Shown in pieces: positions 1 through 12,746 of a DNA stretch of 64,000 bases. The notes under the pieces are model-generated. The model saw only the letters and a program-made list of their open reading frames with translations, was not told the DNA's origin and did not search any database. Location: NCBI RefSeq assembly GCF_018350175.1, contig NC_058369.1, forward strand, positions 28,150,001 through 28,214,000. The letters run 5' to 3'. Positions within the stretch are counted from its first letter, which is position 1. Each line of letters starts with the position of its first letter. The translations under genes were made by a program, and so were the position numbers. This stretch comes from Felis catus (Eukaryota).

Positions 1-261
1 AGTCTCAAACCAACGTGGATTTTCATGGTCAAGGTGAGAATACTAAAAGCCCTTAATTAACTTCTTATAAGTGAATACCTTTATCCCTTTTTAAGTGTAA
101 TTTCCTTAATATCATAACAAAATAATTTCCCCCATCCTTTTCTCCTCATTCTTTCCAAAAGGGGAAATAACTACTAAAGTAAACTGACAATGTTACCATT
201 TATGTCATACTCCTCCCTGCTTTTCCTCTAGATTAGAATTATATTCCATTAACTATAGCAA

Positions 262-478
262 TAAAAGCCAACACTTGTATGGAACCATCTGTATATCTGC
301 CTTCTCTTCTAAAACACTTTGAAAACACTAACTCCTTTAATCCTATAATAACCCTAGCAGCTTAATTACTATTTTATCTTACTATTTTACCAATGACAAC
401 ATTGAAGCACAAAGAGGTTAAGTCACTTGGCCAAACTCACACAGCTATAAGCCAAGATTTGAATAGCAGGTCAGTGCT
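262..478 (-). mobile_element. MIR SINE, degenerate
   Basis: MIR core in reverse: attgaagcacaaagaggttaagtcacttggccaaactcacacagcta; boundaries approximate. Confidence 0.65.
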
Positions 479-2171
479 CTTCATCATTAGTGTTTCAATA
501 CAGGACACGCCAGGAAACAGACTGGCTGAAACTGGAAAACAGGTGTTGGCAATTTTAGACAATGAATCTGCAGGCATCTCAAAGCTTTCAGATGCAGGGA
601 GATACACACTATTTTACAAAGAGAACAAAGGTAAAGAAAGAGTATTTCCTGAAGATTGGCAAAGCTCAAGTTAGAAACTCATCACTCTACTGTTCTACCT
701 GGCCACCTTAAGCTTCCACATCCTGAAGCTCTTGCTTTCAAATCAGTCACAATCTCTTGCTCTCGGATGCACTCACGCTTACACATGCACATATGTGCAT
801 GTGCATATACATAACACTCAGGCACAAACAAGACCAAATACATGAGAGGGAAATGAAATAAAACCAGTGAAGCCAGCCACTTCTCTTTGTTGATCAAATG
901 TAGCTACAGAGTCAGCAGGGGATAAATATCTTGATGCTTACTTCATGTACAAGTGCTTTGACGAGCACCACAGAGAAGTAACCATTCTGAGGGGGTTGGG
1001 GTGAGTGCTGTAAAATCCAACCCCCTGGTGAATGTCATTTCTAGCGGTGAGTTTTGTTTTTGGGTTTTTTTGTTTTTTTTTTTTTTGGTAGTGCATCTAG
1101 CTCAGCAAACCAAAAATAACTGATCCACAGGTTCTGAAGTTTTCATTAGTAATCACCTTTTGCATTCATAAATAAATCAAAATGCAATTTGAATCCTATC
1201 TTCCCTCTAACTCCCAACATCATAGCAAATATTTTCTGTAATAGACAACAGGCAAGCTAGGGGACCTTCTCAGCTGAGAAGCAAGGACGGAGCCACCTCT
1301 CTGAATTTACCCGCCTCTGTGGCAGAGGCACATGGCTATAGTCAGAATGACAATTGCACATCTCTATCAGGGCCAATGGCAGCTATGTGAAGCACCCACA
1401 TACACCAGGGGATGGAAAATATTATCCTTCAGGAGAGGTGAATGCAGGGCTGAGCATGGAGGTGAATGTGGACATTAAGCTCAATTATGAACAGTGACTG
1501 GCACTGATAGAAAAGCAACTTTTTAATTCCTTACCAGCAGAAAATACTAGAAAGGGGATAAAATAACATCAAGACCTCTGCCAAAGATAAATGATCTTCC
1601 TCTCCAGGGTTTAGTCACATCAACTCAACCCTATGGTGCTCGCCCACTCTGTGCCTCCATCACTTAGAGATTAAAACAAAACCCAAGAAGCCAACAGGCA
1701 ATCATTTTTTCTGTTACTGAAAGTAGTTCTCAGAATTTTAATATATTCATTCTCTTTTTTTTAATTAGGTGAAATCTATTTAATAAAGCAAGAAAGTCCT
1801 CAAAGAGGTCACAGATTTATCATGATGTTAAAAGTCATAAAATTATAGTTTTAGGCTAAGTAGTTAAATCCAAATTACACACCACCCCATTAATTTTATA
1901 ATCAATAGAGATTAAAGGAAATGAGGAAGTAAATGATAGGATCTGAGCTTAAATCAAATCAATACATACTAATTCGTATCTATTACGTTCAGCATGCCAT
2001 GAAGAAGGCGAGGGAGTGTAGAGTCATGTTCTGTGCCTTCAAGGAGCTTACTGTCTGGCTGAGGAATCCATACACAACATGCAGAAAGTTTCCCTGGACA
2101 GCAATAACAATGCAAGGATCTCACTAGACTCCATACAAGTAATGACCAACAGACTCATGCAGAAAGTGCTT

Positions 2172-2385
2172 GCAATGGTACAGTGGTTAAGAGCGCGGTC
2201 TCCAGAGCCAGACATCCTGGGTTTGTCAAGCTCACTGACCTTGAACAAGTAATTAGTCTTTCAGTGCCTCTGTTTCCTGAAATGAAGGGGAGATAGTACC
2301 TACCACCCACGTTGCTGGTAAAAATTGAGCCATATGTGCCAAGTGCTCACAAAATAAGGCCTTGTATAGAGTAAGTGCTACGTAA
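2172..2385 (+). mobile_element. MIR SINE
   Basis: gtacagtggttaagagcgcgg...ccagagccagac...tgaccttgaacaagt...tcagtgcctctgtttcct matches the MIR layout. Confidence 0.75.
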
Positions 2386-2444
2386 TGGTTAAGTAAGTGA
2401 AATACTACTGGGAGAAGCAAAAGATCTGTTGTTTGAAAAATATC

Positions 2445-2647
2445 TTTTACTGTTTATTTATTTTTGCGACAGAGAGAGACAGAGCATGAATGGGAGAGGG
2501 CCAGAGAGAGAGGGAGACAGAATCGGAGGCAGGCTCCAGGCTCCGAGCTGTCAGCACAGAGCCCGACGCGGGGCTCAAACTCAAACCGGGATATCATGAC
2601 CTGAGCCAAAGTTAGACACTCAGCCGACTGAGCCACCCAGGCGCCCC
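2445..2647 (-). mobile_element. CAN-SINE (SINEC)
   Basis: Reverse GGGGCGCCTGGGTGGCTCAGTCGG head, (CT)n tract, AATAAA/A-rich tail. Confidence 0.97.
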
Positions 2648-3757
2648 TAAAAGGTATGTTGTTCTAAAGTTTCCTAAACTTTAGAGAGGGAGTTCTGTTC
2701 GGGGAGGAAGCATATCATTGTAATTTTCTCCTTCCCACTGATTCTCTCCCTACTGCTTCAAACATCCTAAAGTTTCAACCATTCCAAAACCTAAAACTGA
2801 TGACTGGTCCTCTACTTCGTTAGCCCCCTGTCAAAATCTCCTCTCTCATTCCCCTCACTGATAAACATTTTAAGATGTGGCTACACATGCACCTATTACT
2901 TGTTCATGATCATTCATTCCTCTGCCACTCAAAACCAGGTTCTAGCCCTTGCTATTCCCCCCAGAGGATGATAAATAGCCTAATGCCTAAACCCAACATT
3001 CCTTTTGATCAGTCACCACCCTCCCATCTATCCAGAACATTAAAAATTATTCACCATTCCCTTAGTTCAATTTTTTCCTTTGTAGGCTCTGTCACCAGCA
3101 TTACAATGTTGAGTTCCAGAAACAAGGCACTTTCTTCCTCACGTCCACATCTCCTGGTACCCAGTAGTATATCAAAACCTAAATTGTTCTGCTAGACTCC
3201 TCTCCACCAGTGTGATAGAGACTTCTGAGATGGCCCCCCAAATTTCTGCATCTTGTGTAGATAGTTATCTAATTCCTTCCTCTTATTGCTGGACAGGACT
3301 TTGATATGAGAGCCACACCCCCAAATCAGGTGACTTTGCATTAATCAAAGGGGAGGTTATTCTCAGTGGGCCTCACCTCATCAGGTGAGCTCTTAAAAGA
3401 AACTTGGCCTTTCCAGAGAGAAGCAACTCAAAATCCAAAAGAAACTCTGCCAGAGCCCAAGAAAAAGTAAGTTGCCAGGAGAGGCCATGTAGCAAGGACC
3501 CGAGCACATCTTCTAGGAACTAAAAGTGGTCACTGTCCAGTGGCTAACAAGGTAATGGGGAAGTCAATCTTACAACCACAAGGAAAGAAATTATGCCAAC
3601 AGGAGGAAGTTTGGAAGCTGATCTTTCCCTTGTCATGCCTCCAGATAAGAACACAGACAGCTGACATTTTGATTTCAACCTTGAGCAATACTTAGCAGAG
3701 AACACAGGTAATATATGCCAGATTCCAGCCAAAGGAAATGGAGGTAATAAATCTGGG

Positions 3758-3984
3758 TTTTTTTTTTAAATTTTTTAATGTTTTATTTATGTTTGAGATA
3801 GAAAGAGACAGAGCATGAGTGAGGGAGGGGCAGAGACAGACACACACACACACAGAATCCGAAGCAGGCTCCAGGCTCTGAGCTGTCAGCACAAAGCTTG
3901 ATGCGGGGCTCAAATTCACAAACTGTGAGATCATGACCTGAGCCGAAGTTGGACACTCAACCAACTGAGCCACCCAGGCATCCC
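3758..3984 (-). mobile_element. CAN-SINE nested in MLT1 LTR
   Basis: Reverse SINEC head, CT tract, A-rich tail. Confidence 0.96.
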
Positions 3985-4012
3985 TGTTATGGTTTTTTTT
4001 TTTTTTAAGTTA

Positions 4013-4497
4013 CAATAGTCTCCCCTCATCCAAGGTGATATGTTCCAAGACCCCCAGTGGACACCTGAAGCTGTACAGAGTATCGTACCCTAGGTATGCT
4101 ATTTTCCTCTATATACCTATAATAAACTTTAATGTATAAATTAAGCACAGTAAGAAAGAAAATAGAATAATCATATCATTATGCTTTATTATATATTATT
4201 ATGCTTATATTATATCATACATATGTTATAATAATATGTAATAAAGGTCATGTGAACGTGCACTCTTTCTCTCTAATTGCACTGTAATATACCCACCCTT
4301 CTTCCTGTGATAATGTGAGGTGGCAAAATGCCTCTGTGATGAAATGAAGCGAGGTGACCATCACAGGCACTGTGACAGTGTTAGGCTATTAGCAACCTTC
4401 AGATGATACAGAAGAAGGGGCATAACTTGCTTCCAGACCAGGGTGGACCGTGAGAACTAACATCATGGAAAGGAAAGCTGCGGGTAAGGGCACTACC
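4013..4497 (+). mobile_element. MER44-like (Tigger) non-autonomous DNA transposon
   Basis: Follows TA; left end caatagtctcccctcatcc...gttccaagacccccagtgga; right end gcgggtaagggcactac is a degenerate inverted repeat of the left end. Confidence 0.8.
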
Positions 4498-5087
4498 TTG
4501 CTAAGTGGATGGTGATTTGTTACACAGCAATAGAAATGTAAGATACCACTTTCCTCTTCCCCAATGCCTTCTGTAGCCTTCTCTGGCTCTGTTGTCCTCA
4601 CCTTACACTTCGATGTGTGCTGTTTTCCCTTCGTGTCAGTCTACCCCAAACCGATTAAGTCTATTTGAGTCGCTTTAAGAAACATCTGCATGTGGCTTTC
4701 TCTAGACCTCTGAACTCTTCTTCCCACTTAAATCCATGTCTTAGTTTTCCTATTGCTTAATGGTACACTTCATCTGAGTACCAAACTCCTCATTTGATGG
4801 GTCCAAAATATATCCTTGTCTTTGCCCCCTTTACCTTGTGCTCTAAGTAGCTGCTCATTCTAATTGGGCCAGTCCTATTCATGGCATCTCCATTTTCCCA
4901 GCATTTAATCTGCAGGCATCGCTAGGATGCCTTCCGTTTCTGTGATTACAACCAACAACTGGCCAAATCCTGCTGGCTTTTAGCAATACAATTCACATTC
5001 AACCCTCTTTTCTATTGCCAATGGAATTGAGATCCTTATTACCACTGCTCTGGGCTTTTCCTTAATTTATCAAAAACCTATTTCACA

Positions 5088-5278
5088 GGGTACCTGGATG
5101 GCTTAGTCGGTTGAGCATCCAACTTCAGCTCAGGTCATGATCTCATGGTTCATGAGTTCAAGCCCCACATCGGGCTTGCCGCTGTCAGTGCAGAGCCCAC
5201 TTCAGATCTTCTGTCCCTCTCTCTCTGCTCCTTCCCCATGTGAGCTCTCTCAAAAATAAATAAAACATTTTTAAAAAA
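5088..5278 (+). mobile_element. CAN-SINE
   Basis: gggtacctggatggcttagtcggttgagcatcc head, B-box gagttcaagccc, CT tract, aataaataaa tail; ctatttca on both flanks. Confidence 0.93.
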
Positions 5279-6959
5279 TGCTATTTCAAAATCTTTGTAT
5301 TTACAAGTAGGTCCTACAAGAGGCAGTAAAACTAACATCACTTCAAATAGGTCCCCAAAGTCTAACGCATGTAATTTCAAATCTTAGCTGTGTCACTTAA
5401 TTGCAATGGCCTCGTACTATGTACTTTTAACATCTCTGGGCCTCTGTTTCCTATATGATTATTGGGGAAGGTGACTTTCACCTCACAGAGTTAACATGAG
5501 GATTACCTGAAAAAGAACCCAACACAGTTGCTGCCCTCATCCCTCCCTGGGATACTGGCAACAGAACCAGTTTCCTTGCTAACCAGCTGGAAAGCTTACC
5601 AAGGTCTCCTATTCTTCTTTCTCTATCCAATTACTGAGCCACCAGGGTGACGGTGACCTATGTCTTGCGTGGTAAGATGGTCAGAGCATGTTCTGAGACT
5701 CCGTTCAGCAGGTACACTTCTTGGAGAACATTAACAACATTGCTTGTCTTTGCTGGCCTGAACACTGACTACCAAATCTGTGATACACAATGAAGAAGAA
5801 ATTGACAAGTGGCTCAATGGAAACTTGGTAGAAGGAGAAAAGGCAGGAAAGACGGTGAATGTGGTAAATGTGACAGGCAAGCTTCATCTCACCTAAATTC
5901 AAATGAAACAAGGTTGCCCCTGCATGTTGAGGTTACCCTTAATGAGCAGTCCCTCTTGGGACACATGTTCCCCAGGGGAGGAGGGAGACAGACTCAACTC
6001 ATCCCATGCAACCCAGAGACAACATCCAGTATCAACAGAACTTTTTTTTTGTAATGAAAGGAAACAATTAAGTAATTGGATATGCTTGACAAAATTCGGT
6101 TAGCTCATTTGCCCCAAAGGTATAAAGAGTTGAAAACCTTTTTCCTTCTGCAGCTCAACTCTCTATATATAATGGGGAAACTTCAAACCATGTTGCCAAA
6201 GAGAGGACAGCAATTACTCTGAGTATGTAACAGTGACACAACTTTATTTTCTGTCAAACACAGGGGACACAACATTCATAAATATTCTGGTTCTAATTTA
6301 TGACAAATAAACCAGGAGGCATCAGTTTAAAATTTTATAAACACCTTCTTTTAAGAAGGTTAGAAAGCTTTCACTGAATTCTTCCAACCATCATTTTCAG
6401 AGAATCAGAAAAAGAAAAAAAAAAAAGCTTTAAAAGTAGATACGTTGTAGTCAACATTTGAAGAGGTAAGAACTTACAAAATTGTGCAGGAGGGGAGTCT
6501 CGGGAACTGAATATGAGGATAGAGTTCAAAGAAACACCAAGCAGGAATGAGGTAGGGAGTCAGAACTTTGACAAACAGGTGTAACAACCTCAGGACCTAC
6601 AGGGCATGCAGAAATAAGAGAAGTGAAGGTTCTAGGGGGGCTCTGCCAAATACACCAAGCAGAGAGAAGAACAAGCGAGGCCAGACCAGAGCATCTCCAT
6701 TCAGCAGTGCTGTTGATATGATGGATAATGCTGCGGAAAGTCTGGCAAGGGTGGCGGGGAGGGCAGGAGAGAACCCACAGACAGATGTGCCGGGTATGAA
6801 CACAAGATGGTCAAGAAGAGGATAAAAGCGTTGCTATTTATTGAGAACACTTACGTGTGATTTTATACACAGGATCGCCACAACTAAGGTAACCATCATT
6901 ATACCCATTGTACAGGTATGGAACTATCTACAGGCACCAAGAGGCTAAGTGAGAAAGTA

Positions 6960-7618
6960 GGTTACCTTGGAGCAAACATTCCCTTCCTTTATCCAACATT
7001 CATCAGAGAACAATCAACCAATCCCTGCCTTCCCCTTTGAGGTTAGCCTTGGCCATGTGACTTACATGGCATGAATGGAAGATAGTGTCCTGTCTAAACC
7101 TACGCCTTGCCTTAACAAGTGTCAGCTTTGTCCTTCTAGCAGCTTCTGACTACCCTGAGAAGAACATGCTCCTGGTAACCACAAAGCCTCCATGCTGGGC
7201 ACCAATGTAAGTAGAGGGGATCCACCTGTTCCCCCACCCCAACCTGCAGGCTGGAGCCACTGCCTCTCCCCTCCCCCCCTGCAGGCTGAAGCGTCAACAC
7301 CCCCCTGACTGCCACCTGCAGGCTAGAGCCACTGCCCACTCCCCCAACCTGCAGGAGGGAACCACTGCCCCTCCCCCCCACCTGCAGGCTGGAGCTACTG
7401 CCCCTCCCCAGACCTCCCCTCCACCTGCAGGTTGGAGCCTCAACCCCCTCCCACCCCCCCACCTGCAGGCTGCAGGATAAAGAAGCAGAGCTGTGTGAAT
7501 AGAATGATAGTGTTGCATCCCACTAATACAGTACATAACCAGTTTACTGAGGTGTTTAAACACTATTTTCTTTTAATAATTGCTGCTTATTAGCACTAGG
7601 CCCCATGGCTGAAACACA
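6960..7618 (+). mobile_element. Old MLT1-type LTR, degenerate, hosting a minisatellite
   Basis: ttcccctttgaggttag...ggccatgtgactt and agaacatgctcctggtaacc resemble MLT1 motifs; boundaries uncertain. Confidence 0.5.
7232..7476. repeat. GC-rich minisatellite, 7 units of 33-43 bp anchored on CCTGCAGG
   Basis: CCTGCAGG at 7243, 7278, 7315, 7348, 7381, 7424, 7462, most followed by variants of CTGGAGCCACTGCCCCTCCC. Confidence 0.93.
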
Positions 7619-8558
7619 GAAGCCATTTTCTAAACAAATGTTAGTTTTCTTGCTCAGAAAGGAAGAGTGGGTGTAGTTTAATATAGAAATGTATTTTCTG
7701 ATTTCCACTTCACAAAGTCTAAATATAGCACATTTCTTACTGGGTATGTCTTACTTCTGAGCACACTTGATTCTTACAGAAGTGTACATGCTTTTGCTCT
7801 GTTTTCTTGTGCCTCTATGACAGGCTGAGTTTTGGTCCTCAACCTCCCCCCAACCCTAGGCTGCCTTCTTGCATGTTATTTTTACAAACCACATTAACTT
7901 AAAAAATTGCATTTTATTCTTTTACATCATTATCTCCCCAAACAGAGTACTTTACTCGTCCCTCTATTTTTGTAAATCTCATCTGGTATTTTTTATGTTT
8001 CTGCCTCCTGCACTTATCTCCATCAAGTTTAGATAATAGTCACGGGCTCTTCAGTGAAGCTTTTACTGAACATTGTGGGATTACATCCATAAAAGGTTTG
8101 CTGTGCTCTGCTAATCAAAGACCTCTTTCTACCACTTCCAGAAGTTTTCATCCTTTGGGATTAAGCCAGCAGTTTCAAGGGCAGTGAGTTTCAGGGCAGC
8201 GATAATCCTTGACTAAAGTAAGACTGCTCCTTTGTCTCAGTTTTCCTGGATATATTTACCAAAAAAAAAAAAAAATTATCATTCACTTTATTCTGCCCCT
8301 GCATCCAATTCTTGCTTCATGATTTCCTTTTATGATATGGGCCTGAAATTTTAGTATTTTAAGTTTTAATAATTAACAAGTTATTAACAATTAACACATG
8401 GTAAAAGGGCGGCAGCTTCCTCAACATGGAGACTCACCTTAACTGGTGAGTGGGTCGGGAAGGCCCTAGCAGGGCACACTAGTACCCACTGCTGGGGGAC
8501 TGGGCCCGTCTTTTGTCACCGGCTCTTTCTGATTCACTCCCTCAATGTCCACACACAC

Positions 8559-8785
8559 TTTTTTCTTTAAAGAAGTTTTTTTTTTTTTTAATTTATTTAT
8601 TTACCTTGAGAGAGAGTGTGAGCAGAGGAGGGGCAGTGAGAGAGACAGAGGCAGAGAATCCCACACAGGCTCCGCACCATCAACACAGAGCCCCACGTAA
8701 GGCTGGAACTCATGAACCAGGAGATCATGACCTGAGCCAAAATCAAGAGTCAGACGCTCAGCCGACTGAGCCACCCAGGCGCCCC
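8559..8785 (-). mobile_element. CAN-SINE
   Basis: Reverse SINEC; 11-bp TSD tccacacacac at 8548-8558 and 8786-8796. Confidence 0.97.
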
Positions 8786-9575
8786 TCCACACACACCTCC
8801 TTAAAAATGAACACCTAACTCTTTCAGCATACATTTTAATTATCTCAAACTATTTATTATTTTGCCAGTGAAAGAAGAACCCTCAGCAAAGTAAAATTTC
8901 CTAAGGCGACACACCTAACCAGGGGCAGAGCTGTCAGATGAAGTCCCTGGTCCCTGTCTCCTAAGCACTCTACTCCCACCTGGTGCCTTTGCTGACATCC
9001 TTCCCTCTGCCCAAAACACTGTGCAAACTCACTCTTGGCATGAGCACTTACTCTCTAATACCAACTCAGTTTTCTCTTGCTACCTTTTCATAAGTGACCT
9101 GAGATAAAATTAACCGTTGCTCCAGTTAACAATAATAATAGTTGTTAACTATTAACAACAACTGTTGCTGTTTGTGTATCTCTGGCCCCTTGCCTAACTT
9201 TATTAGGGAAGAAATGAAACATTATATTTGTACGGCTGTTTACTCCATTGCCATCTAGATCCTTGAAGTCAAGGCCTCATTTTTAATTCTCAGAGCTGAG
9301 CTGAGCTCCAGCATATTGCAGGTACCCAAAAAATGAGTGTTGAACGCAATCTAGATAACAGAGGAAAATCAAGATAGCTATTTTAATTACCTGAGAAAAG
9401 GAAAGAGTGGGTGGAAACGTTACGTATCCATCCTGGCATGTAATATAGATGGGCTATCTGTAATAATTCAGGTTAATAGGGTACTACAGATAACCTATAA
9501 GGATTATCTACACTATGCTGATGGAATAATGATAAAAACAAAGTGCAAGGTAGCGGCTAGACATCTCTCTGGAAA

Positions 9576-9791
9576 TTTTTTTTTTTAACGTTTATTTATT
9601 TTTGAGACAGAGAGAGACAGAGCATGAATGGGAAAGGGTCAGAGAGAGAGAGGGAGACACAGAATCTGAAACAGGCTCCAGGCTCTGAGCTGTCAGCACA
9701 GAGCCCGACGTGGGACTTGAACTCACCAACCACAAGATCATGACCTGAGCTGAAGTCAGACGCTTAACCGACGGAGCCACCCAGGCGCCCC
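9576..9791 (-). mobile_element. CAN-SINE
   Basis: Reverse SINEC head, CT tract, tail. Confidence 0.97.
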
Positions 9792-12704
9792 TAGAATTTT
9801 TATCTACACAGAGATGCTTTTAAAAGCATCTGAGGATGTCTTATCAATACTTCATAATCAGGAGACAACCAGAGTACAGGTCACTTTTTAAATAACGATA
9901 ACTTCTAATTTTCACAGCAAAACAACCGAGAAGGGTCGTGGGAGCCTTAAGAAAAGTCTTTTGAAGAACAAAAGTTCTTAATACATAAAACTCACATAAT
10001 TCTACTAGCAGTGGACCTTGTACCAACAATAAGGTTAATGTAACGTGCCTTCTTGGATTTCGCCACCCACTACCATCACCTTACATAAAACCGTTCATAT
10101 TCAAGGATTAAAAAAACATGTTTCACATTTGTTTTTTACTTATACGATAAGGTCACGAGCGATCCAAACACTCGCTGGAAGAACTGTCAACCATGATGGC
10201 TGGTGGTTACCGTCCACCTCATCTGCACCCACGATTTCTCTCAACGTTTGCTCTTCTCTTTGAGAATCTTTCAAAGTTGTATCCCACTAACTCTCAGCAT
10301 GTGGACATTTATTCTTCCAAATCTCTAGTGACAGCAACATCTCAAAGAAAATCTCTATGCTATAGTCACTTTGGAAGAAGGGGCAAATTAAATACTCAGC
10401 AGGAATCAAAGGTCCCATGATTAAGTCTTTGTCTCTCAGGCCTATTTTCTTCCCTTCCTCCTCCTCCATCCTGTGGGGTGAGGGCTGGTGGTGGTGCACA
10501 TGGGATACTTCAAGGTGCATCAGTCTGACCCACCAGGGGCAGAATAATCATGCCATCCTACTCCTTCCTCCACAAGGATTTTGGAGTAATACTGCCACAT
10601 TTCTCTGCCACTGAAAATGCTGCCTGGTGTACATTACCTTGTCTCCATTTCAGGTTTTAATACTAAATTCAAACTGTCTTTTCAAACCATTTTCTTTAAT
10701 GCCTTGACAGACTTATACTAGCACTACTCTAGATAAATGCTTGCTTCATCCTGAAGAGATATCAGAAAGAATAAATTCTCTTCAATTTACTCCTGCAATT
10801 TGCCTGTTAATTATTTTGAAACATTTTTTTTTGCAGGAGACTGCTCAGTCCCATTAAATAAAAAATCTCTCTTAAATTTTCTTAACCACTCCCACCCACC
10901 CCCCAATCACAGTTTTTAACGTTTTACTAACTACAACATCCATAGTTAAACCAGAGCAAAGAGGTATCATTTGTTACAATGTTTTTCTCATCTGTAACGT
11001 AGATCAGAGTTTCTTTGTTTTTCCATTTATTTTCTATTGCCTCCAAACAAATAAATCTGGGGTAAAAATAGTATCCCTTGTTTTCTAGACTATGCCATGT
11101 AAAACGTAATATACACAGTGCATGACTAAACTGTACTGACTGGACAGAATCAATGGCACAGAAGGAGAGCAGTGATACATCACAGGACCACCCCTTATCC
11201 ATCAGTCTGCAGCAAGGCTGACTGTGCATGCCAGCGGCAAACCATCAGCATGCACATGTTTTCCTCTGTGATTTGTGCTGAAGCATAGGCTGTCCACTGC
11301 ATACCAGTCTCTGGCTAAAGCCTGTGGGAAGTCACTACAAACCATAAACTTGCAGTCTTTTAACAACATTCTTAATGCATAAACTATGCAAATACAACCA
11401 CCAACACTTCCAGAGACTCTAACTGATAAATGACTGAGTGTTATTGGAGTTGATTTTTAAATGAAAAATTCAGATGTGATGGCAAGGCAGTTTTTCACAG
11501 TTCCCCCCCACCCCCCGCCCATGTGATCTGGGAGTTGATGTCGTATTGAGGAATTATATACTTCATGATGTAATAAAAAATAAAAAATAAAAAAAACATG
11601 ATTTTTTTTTTACCACCAACTAGGTTTATGAAGAATGGTGGGCATGCCTGCTGAAATATCAAGTAAACATCTCATTTGCACAGGTGAGGTAGCAAGGCTA
11701 ATGCCTTGCGAGCAGATTCATAAAAACCTAGGCCTTCTTTTGGTTCCTTTACAGAGTAAAATGCCAGGCTGGTCACTTGTATTCAAAAATCTAATTAACA
11801 AGTCTATGTTGTAGTGCAAGGCACTGTCCTATGTCCAGAGAACCCAGAAGTGAATAGAAAAGACCAAATAACTCTACCCTCATGGAGTTCATTCTAATCC
11901 ATGCATTTCTGCTTATCTTCATAGACCTGAGCCAAAAGATGTGTATTTTCATTTCTGAAGTATTTTATGTTGAAATTAACCCCGTTGGAATTTTACTCAT
12001 TTCCCTAGAGGGTATGGATTTTAAAAAGCCAATCATCTGTAGAGGATATTGCCCTGATACCTAGGAAAAGGATTTTTAATCTGAGATTCTTTTAACCACT
12101 CATCTATTTCCCAGAATGCGATGCTGTGAACGAAACTTCATGGACTATAGGAAAAGTAAAAATTGTTTTCTGAGTACAAATGAAGAACATCTAAAGTGTA
12201 CCTCCTATTTTGTACTTTTCTACTTGATTTTAAATATATGTATATATTTTATGATATACATCTCTGGCTCAGGTTCACAGATGAGATCTATTAAAACCTT
12301 CAGTTCAGTACAGCTTTCTCGAAAATTTTCAAAGTGGCAAACAAATTGAGGAGAACATCTACCTTAAAACCCCATCGCTGATGCTCTTGATCAATAGGTG
12401 GCATCAATAAATCTTAGATAGACATGTGGGCAAGACTGTTGGAGCCAGGCAAGGATTTTTCTTAATATGGATACTGATGTCATTTAGGCAGAGAGAAGCT
12501 GGGCAGGTTTGCGATAAAAGGGAAGTGATTATATAATACATCCAAACCATAAATAAACACTCCATTAAGTTATAAAATTCTATATGTCCTTAGGAGGGCT
12601 TCCTGTGAGCCACTTAACTTAAAAATAAAAAGGAAAGCTCTATGAATCATTCATTTGGCCAAAACCTACTGAATCCTTGCTCTATAGCCAGCACAGCACA
12701 GCCT

Positions 12705-12746
12705 CATCATCATCATCATCATCACCAGCACCACCACCACCACCAT
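12705..12746. repeat. (CAT)n(CAC)n trinucleotide microsatellite
   Basis: Read directly; lies at the edge of a MIR-like segment (~12750-12920). Confidence 0.9.

Larger units (their letters stand above)
3211..4547 (+). mobile_element. MLT1-type (ERVL-MaLR) LTR interrupted by a SINE and a MER44-like element
   Basis: Starts tgtgatag...agatggccccc; has cctccagataagaacacag and gctgacattttgatttcaaccttgag; resumes near 4499 with gctaagt...gtgatttgttacacagcaatagaaa...ataca, the typical MLT1 3' end. Confidence 0.75.

Noticed and set aside
1..674. Plus-strand donor-like sites (AAG|GTGAGA near 33; AAAG|GTAAAG near 630) and a 93-aa ORF
   Set aside because: The ORF starts within a MIR, the peptide is unrecognised, and no plus-strand exon chain is evident.
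782..803. Perfect 22-bp palindrome CACATGCACATATGTGCATGTG
   Set aside because: Low-complexity alternating purine-pyrimidine sequence forms palindromes readily.
7243..7469. Repeat-spacer periodicity resembling a CRISPR array
   Set aside because: Mammalian context, no cas genes, the core is only 8 bp, and the spacers are related to one another.
11685..11692. TGAGGTAG, the let-7 5' end
   Set aside because: The following bases do not match let-7 and there is no pre-miRNA hairpin.
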